Source of the DNA: Sarea resinae
Taxonomy: Eukaryota
DNA length: 64,000 nucleotides
Assembly (NCBI GenBank): GCA_026026165.1
Contig: JAPEUD010000046.1
Location: 62,001 to 126,000, forward strand
Reading direction: 5' to 3'
Below the pieces are notes generated by a model. It made no database searches and was not told the origin of the DNA. It was given only the letters and a program-made list of their open reading frames with translations. How positions within the stretch are numbered: position 1 is the first letter of the stretch; the number at the start of each line of letters is the position of its first letter. Position numbers and translations under genes: made by a program. Shown here in pieces: positions 14,081-24,341 of this stretch.

Positions 14081-17000
14081 ATGGCTATGCCATACAATGG
14101 GGTCAATTGCTACTCCGTATGTTCTCAATCACCGACCCGTGCCTGGGTCTCTCCGCTAAATCTGAACAGAGAAAAGATTCCTCTTGAAAACGCCTACATC
14201 GGCGCCCTTCAGAGCCTTAGGGCACTGCGAGATGCTGGACAGGTCTTGTCTGTCGACTACGATATCGTGACCAAGACCGAAAGGCCCCAGGATATCCTGG
14301 AATGCGTCAATGATGCTGTCCGTGATAGTAGCTTCGACGATTCCGACGCCCGGAGAAAGGGTCGAGGTGTTCTGGAGCCTCTACTCCTCCGACTGGAGAG
14401 GTTCGGAAGTGCGATTGGTATACTAGCGCAATCAGCGCAGCCTTATTCAGACCCTAGCCCTGTAGGATTGATATGGGGTTTTATGAAATTTCTCGTGGTT
14501 GTCAGTCTACATTCGTTCATTGCCCACGTCCTCGATTCCATTTCTAATTGCCATGCAGATTGCGGGTGATGTTAATATTGCTCTGAATGTCGTGTTGGAT
14601 GTAATGGAGGATATCAGTCTTGCGATCCCCGTCTTAGAGACATATGATTATTACCTTGGATCCTTGAGACTTGGGATCCTCGAAGTCCCACTGACGCATC
14701 TCTATGGCGCGTATTTGGCATTTGGAATCCAAGCAGTGAGAACCTTTAATCGCTCTGCACTTCGTAGGCAGCCTCTATCTTGGACTTTCATCGGTGGCTC
14801 GAGTCTGAGTCATTCTACTAGGTACAATCGGGCGCTCTGCCATGAATTCACTCCACGAGGATTTCAGGCCGATCATTTCAAGAATGATCAAATCCACAGA
14901 GGCTTTGAACGGGTTGGCAACCGTTGAGCACATACATCACGCAGATGAAGCATACAAGGGTGCGTTTGGCAAATATACTCTTGATAAATTGCTGACTGCG
15001 TCGCTTTTAGTCCAAATACGAGAAGGTGAACGAGCGGAAAATTTCCGACTAGGTTAGTGAATTCCTTCTTGGCCGAGTGCCAGCAGTAACACCAATTTCT
15101 TCTATAGAAGTCAGGACACTGTTCGCACAAGGCCTAAACGGCCTTCCGCCTCAGGATGGCATCCTCAAGAATCTCAACGATGCCCCTGTAGATATGTTGT
15201 CAGAGTACTTCATAGGCCGCGAAAACGAACTAGATTCATTAGCTACGACTTTCAAGTCAAATCAGGCCGACTCCCCCAAATGTTGCGCCATATTTGGTAT
15301 GCCAGGCCTCGGCAAAACACAATTGGCATTGAAGTACGCAAAGACTTCTTACGAGAACCAGAAATACTCTCACGTATTTTGGATATCGGCTGCTAGTGAG
15401 GAAAGGCTCATTCAGGGTTTCGAGAAGATTCTAGTCCTTATCAACCATCCAGACCGATATCAGCACGAGCAGCGAACAAAGATGTCTGCGGCCCAGCGCT
15501 GGTTAGAGGAGCCAAACGCGAAGAACCCAGTCTACTGGTTGCTCGTAATCGACAATGTCAATAAAAAGACGGCCAAGTTTCTTCGAGAGAATCTACCTCG
15601 GCGAAACTCAAAAGGACGGATCCTACTCACTAGTCGGACAGAAAATGCCGTCGAGGCTCTTGTAAGTGCAGCGGGAAAGCAGCAAAAAGCATTCCGGCTA
15701 CAGCCTCCCAACGAACAAGACGCCATTACTTTATTTCTCAAAGACTCTGCGGTTGAATGTCAAGATCCATTGACCACTTCAAAGGCAGCAAAATTAGTCA
15801 AATGTGTCGGATATCTTCCGCTGGCCGTTGATCAGGCAAGGGCATTGATGAAACAGTCGCAGCGAAGCGTTGACGAAGTACTAGGTATTTGTCACGGCAA
15901 ACAAAAACTCGAGGTTAGTGCCCTCCCCTGAATCTGGTTCACCAACTATTCTAATGCCTAGAAAGGTCCTTGGATGGAAGAATGACTTGACCACTTCTGA
16001 GCAAAGATCCGTCGCAGCAACCTTGAAATGCCAGTTGAATGATCTGCATCGACTTTCGCCCGAGGTCTACGATCTTCTAAAGATTCTCTCCTTCTTCGAC
16101 CCTGAATGCATATCTGTGAATATGCTTGTGGAGGGGTCGGAAAGCCTCCTAGCCTTGAAGCCGACCTCGGTAGAGCAATTGCACACTTCAGTCAGGCTCA
16201 CGCCGGCCAAAAGATTAAGTCGTCTACAGAGGATTAAACGATTCATGTGCCGTCTTTGTCGAAAGGGAGGGTGTCTGGCTGCGGATCCTAGCGATGAAGA
16301 TGTTAGGCTCAAACCACCCATGCCGGAAATGCTACCACTGCTACAGCCGGTGGCGCGCCTCGTTGGATCTCCTGTACGACTTTCAAGAGCTATACAGCAG
16401 CTTGAGGACTTCTCCCTAGTCAGTCACGAAACCCGTCCTGGAAAATCAGTTCTTCGATTGCATAACCTCGTCCAATCGGTAATCCAAGCACATGCGAAGC
16501 AAGACGGGTTTTATCGACAATGGTACGATACCGCTGGTGGGATTGTCTATTGTGCAATTTCATCCGTGGGAGATCCGTACTCGTACAAGTCTTGGGCCAA
16601 ATGCGAAGAAATCACCCCACATATTCAATCGCTGGCAAACATAAGAGGTACAGATGCCGACGAGGATCCCCAGATGTCCTGGGCAAGGCTGGCAATGGTG
16701 GGGTATTTCCAAGGTCGGGGTCGATACGATGAGGCCGAGACGCAAAATAAAATCGCGCTCGCTGCCTTGACTAAGCATCTTGGTGCGGACGATGTCCAGA
16801 CACTTCGAGCGACGGGCAATCTGGGGAGAAATTATATTCTCCAGTGTCGATATAACGAGGCTGAGATTATTTGGGAGCGCGTATTCGCTGGCATGGAGAA
16901 GCAGCTTGGAGAAAAACACCGGGACACTCTAGTAGCCATGAGCAAGCTGGCAACTGTCAATGAGCGGCAAGGCCGCTACGGGGAGGCCGAGACCCTTTTG

Positions 17001-17585
17001 AGGCGTCACCGAGCAATAGCAGAGAAGACCTTAGGACACGACGATATCGAGGTATTGGAAGTGATCGGAGAGCTTGGAAATCTTTATCGACTTCAAGGTC
17101 GGCTCAAAGAGGCGGAGACTGCCCTCATTATCGCGCTAGTGGGAATGAAGAAACACCTTGAACCGGAACATTTAGATACATCGATGGCCTATGAGCATCT
17201 CGGCACATTAACGGCTTCTGAGAACCTCGGAAACGTCTATCTGTTGCAGCATCGGTATAGTGAAGCAGAGGGACTATTCGACTGTGCGATAGCAGGATAT
17301 GAGAAGTTCCTCGGGGCAGATCACCACAACACTTTACGATGCAAAGCCAACCTTGCGTCCGTGTACGATTTTACCGACCGATACGATGCGGCTGAGACGC
17401 TCTTGAGCGACGTACTGGCAGGAATGAGGATATCGCTCGGGGCGGACTGTCCCGAGACGGTAAAAGCAAAGGAGCATCTGGAAGCTATTCGAAAGAAATA
17501 TCACCCTTCCGAAAAGGTGAAGCCGATGGAGGGTTATGCTAATTCTATCTTGACGGAGACGTCGGTGGATATTTTGTGTCCATGA
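14081..17585 (+). CDS. Fungal NLR-like STAND protein: N-terminal helical domain, NB-ARC-type NTPase, TPR repeats. Exons about 14081-14500, 14559-14763, 14822-14959, 15011-15052, 15108-15913, 15966-17585
   Basis: Motifs YFIGRENEL, Walker A GMPGLGKT, VFWISA, Walker B WLLVIDNV, GRILLTSR and GYLPLAVDQA, followed by about 42-aa TPRs (LGxxHxxTL..NL..GRYxEAE). Five GT-AG introns join the ORFs in frame. The start codon is uncertain. Confidence 0.88.
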
Positions 17586-18739
17586 AAGAACGAAACGGCA
17601 GAGGTTGATCGCAGATCGCAGATGATATCGGAGGGGTCATACATAGTATAACTATGCACGGAATAATGATGCGTATGATCTCTGGACTCAACTTCAGTAG
17701 AATAGGGCGCATATTGAGGCAGGTGGGTTTGGCCCGATTGGGATCTAGTTTTGCAGGCTGATGGAGGGTGGCGGGTGCATTCGTCGACCCCCGGTGGAAT
17801 GAGGATATCTGATTGGAGAGTACGTCGCTGGAAGAAGAAGCTTTGGAGGCGTCCCGGACACAGTACGAGACGAGCTTCGTATTCGTAGCCTTTTTCGACT
17901 AGCGGGCCCTACGGGGTAGCAGGTATCCGTCGTAGTGCAGGACCGAGTCGATACATGATTTCTAGTGTGCGAAGCGGAATGAAGATGTGCATCCCTTGAA
18001 CATTTGTACATGGTTATGAATGCATGGCAGAGGGAGTCTGAAGGCAAAGTGGCTGAGGACCCTACTCTACGGAGTACTACATGCAGAAGAGTGAGAGTAC
18101 GGAATACTACGTAGGCGCTGAGAGGCTGTGCTGCGCGACGTGTGACTGCTCCGGGTCGCAAGGGGTGGTTCCGCCTGGTCCCATTGGTCTCCGCTGCCCT
18201 TCGGCCTGCTTCCACCGCCCCGGCCCCGCCATCTGAGGAATGGAAAGAGCACTCCGTCGCCCGTACCGCCACCCTTAGCCGCGTGGCTTGTCACTCGGAT
18301 GACCTAAAAGTAGATCCCCCAGCGCCAGCGAGCTGAGCACCGGCGCGGCGCTGAGAGATGAGAGGTGGAGAACGGAAGCCTCCGTCCGATATCTACGTAC
18401 CAAGTGACTAACCCAAGGAGAACCCCCAAACACTCACTCAAACATTCAAAGTCCCAAACCTGCGACACCACCTCTTCTCCTCTGCAACTCGATCCAAAGT
18501 CGGTCGATCTTCTCTTCCCCATACTTCAAAGAGGCCTCCCGCTTCTTTTCACTCGCGCCCCCTCTCTCTGTAACCACTTGACACCATCTCGTTATCCATC
18601 GCCGTGTCGCGCTCGCATTCCATATCCAAGACTCCTGTATGTTCGATCTACTTCACTTTCCCCTCACGTCGTCAGCTCGATTGCAGGTCCGATATCTAAC
18701 ACGTCACCGTCTTTAGTTGAGCTACCTCACTCATTCGCC

Positions 18740-19208
18740 ATGTCGAACCAACAATACTACGCCCCCCCTCAACCAGCGTAAGTCGCTGTCCGACCTAGCT
18801 TCGCATCAAATGCAAGATCTCATCCATTTGACATCTGGTACTGACGCCCGTCGCAGCTATGGTGGCTACCAGCAACCGCAACAGCCGTACTATCCCCAAC
18901 AAGTACGCTCCTATCCGCCCCTTCTTTCAGGAGGCACCCCAATCTAATCAACCATCGCAGATGCAATATCAACAAGGTCCACCGCCTCAGCAAGTCATCG
19001 TGAAGGAGCGCAAAAACCGCGGCTGTCTCGAAGCCTGGTAAGGCCCCCAAACCCCCAAGTCACCCTTGGCATTTCGCCTTCAAATCTTCTCAGTATCAAG
19101 GCTAATGGCTTCTCGAACAGTCTCGCCACTCTCTGCTGCTGTTTCGTCTGCGAAGAGGGCTGTGATTGTTGCGCCGACTGTTGCGAATGCGCTGAAGATT
19201 GCTGTTAG
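18740..19208 (+). CDS. Small CYSTM-type protein (Pro/Gln/Tyr-rich N-terminus, Cys-rich C-terminus). Exons 18740-18777, 18857-18902, 18961-19037, 19121-19208; probable 5' UTR intron 18637-18716
   Basis: Three canonical introns give MSNQQYYAPPQPAYGGYQQPQQPYYPQQMQYQQGPPPQQVIVKERKNRGCLEACLATLCCCFVCEEGCDCCADCCECAEDCC*. GCLxACLAxLCCC is the CYSTM signature. Confidence 0.9.
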
Positions 19209-19231
19209 GGTTAGGGTTAGGACTTAGGGTT
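19205..19231 (+). repeat. Interstitial telomere-type repeat: three perfect TTAGGG units plus one TTAGG
   Basis: ttagggttagggttaggacttagggtt read directly. Confidence 0.8.
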
Positions 19232-19811
19232 GCGAACAGTCACCCTGTCTCACCCTCCATCCTTCCCATGATCAAGAATGAAACGCGCAATCTGATATGC
19301 ATCTCATAATGAATCCCGGAGGATTGGCTTGGCCTGGCTGGCTGTCTATTGCATTTGTCCCGCTGCCTCGAAAGGATACTCAAGTTTACAGAATTTGACC
19401 CGGCCACGATGGCGGAGGCGTGCATGGATTGAACCCTGGGTACTCTGGACGCAATTGGCATTGGGACTGGGATGGTTTTTAAACGGCCGATCTCACAGAC
19501 ACCCAACTAAGGAACCAGGCATCTCATTGCCCGTCCGTCATATAGCGCCGTGTGTGGCATTATATTGCGTTCGTTATCCTTCCTATCTCCTTTGTCTGCG
19601 ATCACCGGTCTTCTCTTTGAGTTAGTGATGAAAGCTTCTTGCAATTCTACATGCGAATTTCGTGCGTTTGTGCGTGCGTGCGTAGGCCGGGTCTGACCAG
19701 GCAGTGGAACACGGGACACTTTTTTCTCTGCGTTTATTACTTGTTTGTAAATTGAATCAGTTGACGTTGACGTCCACCCCCTTGTCTATCTATATAGTAT
19801 GTCTGTGAACG

Positions 19812-19868
19812 CCGCAGCTATACCGCGGCTATTCTGCAGCTATTCCGCAGCTTTCCCGCAGCGATCCC
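19812..19868. repeat. Degenerate 11-bp tandem repeat (CCGCAGCTATT) x5
   Basis: ccgcagctata ccgcggctatt ctgcagctatt ccgcagctttc ccgcagcgatc. Confidence 0.8.
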
Positions 19869-21125
19869 CTCTTCATCCATAACTATCGCCCTCCACCCCT
19901 GAATAGCCCATGCATCTATCCACCTACCTCTACATCAACATAACAAAACAAACAAGAACCTGTAGATCCATCCATCTATGCCACCCATCCACTAGACACC
20001 CCTATCACCTCATCCCACACAAAGCCAGCAACAAGGCAGAGCACGTACCAAAACCCCCAGACCTCCCACCCCCAGCCCAAGGCCGAGAACAAAGAGACGA
20101 AAAGCGAAGGATAGGAAGGGGGAAACAGTACTCAGGCAGGCAGTGCTGTCGATGGTATAAATGGTCCTATATAAGGGTCTGTCTGTCTTGATTCGACTGA
20201 GCTGGACTGGACCGCTTGGACTGTTTGGACTGTTTGGATTGCTTGGGGCCGAGAGTGTTCCGTCTGAAGCTTGTCTTGCTTGTGAGGCCGGACATGGAAT
20301 CCGTATAGTCAGGGCTCGGTCGGCGCGGTGTTCGAAAGGCCGGTAGGATTGCCTAGGTAGTCGGGAAAGCTTGGTCGTCTGGATAGTCGATGCGGTCGGT
20401 CGGTCGCCTTTGGCCCTTGGACTGGAGCGATAGACTGCACGGAATGGACCATTCAGACCGGCTGGACCGGTGTGAACACGTTTTCCCTGCTGGATTCGTC
20501 GCGTTGGTTTTTCAATAAGCTCTTTGGAAGTGGGATCAAGTCAACATCTATTAGGGAATACAGATGTAGGGAGATGTGCAGGAAAGATCAATAGAAATTG
20601 GTGGGTAGTAGAGACCTAGATGTGTATTAGAGTGAAACCGGAAGGAAAGATACGAGGTAGATGGCTCACTGAGCGTTACCAGTGCTGCCAGCGGTCCAAG
20701 ACCCTTGGACCAGACCGATAGGGGTTGGACCATTTGGACTGATAGGATTGAGAGTTTCTTCATTGGGCCAAATTACCCCATGCACGGAGGGCTGCATAGG
20801 ATTGCTGGTAGGATTGCTTAATAAAGAAGAGTTTGGCGGTTCAAGTGGTCAAAATAATCTAAGTAGTCGGCCCATGACCCTTGAACTGCGCCAATAGACT
20901 GCATGGACCGGATCGTTTGGGCCATTTGGACCGATGGACCGACCGACCATTGGCAGCACTGCGTACAGAAAAGATAGATGTAGAGTGGTGTAGATTAGAG
21001 AGCTAGATGTGTATACTGAAGCCGGACGTAAAGAAATGAGCCATTTGGCTCAATCATCACTACCCAGCAATTGACAGAGTCCTATCCGTGAAAAGAGGAA
21101 AACTTTCAAGGAAGAAAATAATCTC

Positions 21126-24100
21126 TCATGCCTCCTTCACCAAATCCCTGGCTTCCTTCTCCAAGCCCTGAAGCCAGCCCTTCCCACTATTTCCGTCCGA
21201 CACCGTATCGTCCAACCAGGTCCTCGCCTTCTCGACCATGAGTTCCCACGCCTCCTTCTCGTCTGCAACCCTGAGCTCCAAGAAAACAATCGCCAGTAGC
21301 GTCGCAAACACGGACTTGGTGGTCTCGTGGTTCGTATCGAGCGTGATGACCTGTGAGGGGGATGAGAGGACCCTGGAGACTGACTGGGCGACGGTATCCG
21401 CGGATAGCTGGAGGGTGTCGAGGAGAGCCGGTGCCAAGTCCCAGGATCCGGAAAAGGTTTGTAGGCTCACCAGGATCTCGAAAGGTGTAGGGGTGCTGCT
21501 GGAGGACGAGGACAAGGAGAACGGTGTTGCACCGTCGAATACTGACATTTTCTTCTTCTTTTTTGCCGACGAATGGGCCGCATTGTTGCCTTCGTCTGGG
21601 AGTGACGCTGATGCTGATTGTACGGCTGCACCAGGTGAGGGAGACATTTGTGCGGGAAAAGTCGAAAGCTGCGGTTGAGGCTGATACAGTGGCATTTGAG
21701 TGCCCTCTGCCTTGGCATAAAGTTGGGGGGCTGTGGCTACGGCTGTGGTGCCAAATGTCCCCAAGTTAGTACCTTGGGCTTGGGGCAGATCGCTAATATC
21801 TTGCGATCGGCTTGCTCCGAACAGACCGCCTCGTCCCTGAATTGTCGGAGTGGGGGCGCCACCCATCCATGGGGTACCCTGTCCCTGAGCCATTGGAGAA
21901 GCGGCGTTGCCGGAGACGGTGCTGAAGTCGGCTCCTTCCCGCCCTGACGGTACCGGGGGTGCGCCCGTGCGTTGTAAATTTCCAAACGATACTGACCTGC
22001 GGGCTGCTTTGCTAGCAAGCTGTTTCCTAATGCCACCACGGCCCCATCGTGATGTTTCTCCCACTCTAGGCATTCCGATATCCGAGGTGCTGATCTCTTC
22101 CCAGGACTCCGATGTTGAATTCGAATCGTCGTCATCGAATGTTGTATTTTCATCGGAGTTGTCCTCTCGATCCTTTTGATCACTCTTTTCTAGTGTCTCA
22201 CTTCCGGCTCCGTATATGGATACATGTCTGCCACTATTCCTGGAGTTCTTAGACTCCCTTTCAACGGCAACAAAAGAGCACCATTTTCCTCCGACTTGGT
22301 ACTTGACGCCTAATCTGACGGCCTCTCTTTCGACCAGATCGTCCCATTTCGATTCAACTTTGTCGTTGTTACCCTTGATAAGCTTTCCGCTGGTGTCCTT
22401 CAGGCCTATCATCCATCCGCGACCTTCCTCGAGATCAAGGATGGCCTTTTTTGCGGCCAGTTGGTGGATCGTCTGGCAGGGTTGTTCGAGTACTTGCACA
22501 TCAATTTCAAGCTCCAGTGGACCATGGGGAGAAATGCCACTGAGTATGACTGACTTTGGTGTCTGCAATGTCTCTGAGGAGAGCAGAAGGTAGACAGTTG
22601 TCCTCGTGAAGGGGAATAAGGGTGGTATGACAGCTGGCGCTTGGAGCACTCTCGGTGGAGTCAGGGATGGAAGATCAGCGTACTTGTTTTTCGGTAGAGC
22701 GGAAGAGTTGGACGTTTCCCTATCGGGGTCGGCATTGTCGTCAAATAGTGAAATGGGAGTAGATACGGTGGCTCCAGGCCGGATTATTTTTGACGTCGGA
22801 GTTCCTTCCAGGTCCACCGGCGAGCTTTCATTGATTCGTTCCAAGACACCTTCTCCTTCTCCGTCGGAGGGATCGTATTTCAATTGTAGGCTGTAGTTCA
22901 TGACGTGAGGCGAGAGTCCCCCTTTCAGCATGCGAACAACTTTACTGTCAAGTTTCTCCTTTTCACCTACGACCTGCGAGAAGCCGTTACCAGCCCTGGC
23001 GGCGCCTTCCAAAAGGGAGTGAGATATCGCATCGCCGATGCCCAAGGTGAATAAACGAATAGGCTTTGTCGCATCGCCGACTTGTTGATTGATCATGGAA
23101 AATAATGTCCACTGGCCCCGTATTTCCCCGTCGGTGAGCAGCATCATCTCTAAAGCAAGATCCTTGTATCTTCGCTCTATAGTCTCCTTAATTGGTCTAA
23201 CCATATCTGTGCCTCCATAATTAGCCGAAAAACTTTCAACGTGTTGTACGGCCTCATATAGCGTATGCTGGTTGTATCCCTGGCTCTTATCCCATAGGAA
23301 AGAAGATCGCGAGCCGAACGAGCAGATGTTAAACTTCACCCCGACCGGCAGAGACTTCAGGAAGACTTTCATAGCTGAGACCAAGGTCTGGATTTTGCCT
23401 CCCATGCTGCCACTGCGATCAGCAATGAAGACAATTTCTGGGCGAGATTGCGGGAGTGAGAATTTTGGAATGAGCGTGACCATGAGGGCTCGTTGGTTAG
23501 GGATCGATGAGTGCGTTTCTAAGAGCGCTTTTGGGCGGCCACGCTCTTCTGCCAACACAAGGAGCACAAAGTCTGCGTCCAGTGTGGCTTCTCCAAGCGA
23601 AAGGGTCGCAGAGGCTCTGCTAAAGGAAGGTGGGTCCTTGAGCGCAACGGACGTGTTGCCTATTGTGACGGAGATTGGATGACTCGGTGATTGGATTCCC
23701 TTGATGAAAGACCCTTCCTCTATTTCTGCATCAACCGTGATCTGGATACTAGAAGCTGTCGATGCAGAGACTGCCCGAGCATTGCTGGGCTGGGTAGGAA
23801 AAGGTCCATGTTGTCCGTACCGTGGAGCTATAGCTGTTGGGATGGTGTATCGAATTCCACCAGCTTCTGCATCATGTTTCAGTTCACCAAGATAGGTAAT
23901 CTCAACGATAACCTTCTTGCCGGCGGGGATGTTGCCAAGTTTGGTGGTGAATACATCAGAGCTCTGTTTGTCCTCTTCCAATAGCCCGGCGGTCTCCCCT
24001 CGCGAAATAGTTTGGTCATAGACCGCTTGGGCTTCCTGCTTCTCTTTGACAACTCCCTTGATACGGCGCACACCAATGCGGCAATTGAAGCCCACCACGC

Positions 24101-24341
24101 TGACACCGTCATAGAGCGGGAAAGTATAAACGGCTTCCTTGATTACATCAGTCTCCGACGGATTGATGAAAGTCTGGGTAAGCAGCGTTCTCGAAGTAGT
24201 AGACAGAATTGAGGCGTGGACCTGGAGATCGACTTGGGGTAGATATTGCTTGACATGCCCATGACTGTAAGGGACAGTATAGTAGCAGCCACAAAGGGGC
24301 AAAGGAACGACTCGCTGATGCTGACGAACGAACCCAGACAT
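21126..24341 (-). CDS. VIT + von Willebrand factor A domain protein (vWA5A-like), 1071 aa, intronless
   Basis: VIT region (LTQTFINP..EAVYTFPLYDGVSVVGFNC..AGLLE..DVFTTKLGNIP), MIDAS motif FIADRSGSMG, LLTDGEI, RLFTLGIG, and a C-terminal LQTFSGSW..WELMVEKARTWL block typical of the family. Confidence 0.93.
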   Translation of the reverse strand: MSGFVRQHQRVVPLPLCGCYYTVPYSHGHVKQYLPQVDLQVHASILSTTSRTLLTQTFINPSETDVIKEAVYTFPLYDGVSVVGFNCRIGVRRIKGVVKEKQEAQAVYDQTISRGETAGLLEEDKQSSDVFTTKLGNIPAGKKVIVEITYLGELKHDAEAGGIRYTIPTAIAPRYGQHGPFPTQPSNARAVSASTASSIQITVDAEIEEGSFIKGIQSPSHPISVTIGNTSVALKDPPSFSRASATLSLGEATLDADFVLLVLAEERGRPKALLETHSSIPNQRALMVTLIPKFSLPQSRPEIVFIADRSGSMGGKIQTLVSAMKVFLKSLPVGVKFNICSFGSRSSFLWDKSQGYNQHTLYEAVQHVESFSANYGGTDMVRPIKETIERRYKDLALEMMLLTDGEIRGQWTLFSMINQQVGDATKPIRLFTLGIGDAISHSLLEGAARAGNGFSQVVGEKEKLDSKVVRMLKGGLSPHVMNYSLQLKYDPSDGEGEGVLERINESSPVDLEGTPTSKIIRPGATVSTPISLFDDNADPDRETSNSSALPKNKYADLPSLTPPRVLQAPAVIPPLFPFTRTTVYLLLSSETLQTPKSVILSGISPHGPLELEIDVQVLEQPCQTIHQLAAKKAILDLEEGRGWMIGLKDTSGKLIKGNNDKVESKWDDLVEREAVRLGVKYQVGGKWCSFVAVERESKNSRNSGRHVSIYGAGSETLEKSDQKDREDNSDENTTFDDDDSNSTSESWEEISTSDIGMPRVGETSRWGRGGIRKQLASKAARRSVSFGNLQRTGAPPVPSGREGADFSTVSGNAASPMAQGQGTPWMGGAPTPTIQGRGGLFGASRSQDISDLPQAQGTNLGTFGTTAVATAPQLYAKAEGTQMPLYQPQPQLSTFPAQMSPSPGAAVQSASASLPDEGNNAAHSSAKKKKKMSVFDGATPFSLSSSSSSTPTPFEILVSLQTFSGSWDLAPALLDTLQLSADTVAQSVSRVLSSPSQVITLDTNHETTKSVFATLLAIVFLELRVADEKEAWELMVEKARTWLDDTVSDGNSGKGWLQGLEKEARDLVKEA

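Noticed and set aside
19205..19231. Chromosome end or telomerase RNA template
   Set aside because: Only about four units, flanked by ordinary genes and overlapping a coding stop; no other telomerase RNA features are recognisable.
21960..22060. Possible histone H3 gene or pseudogene
   Set aside because: Only 12 codons resemble H3, they are in frame within the vWA ORF, and no histone fold follows. Reported as a mimic motif instead.
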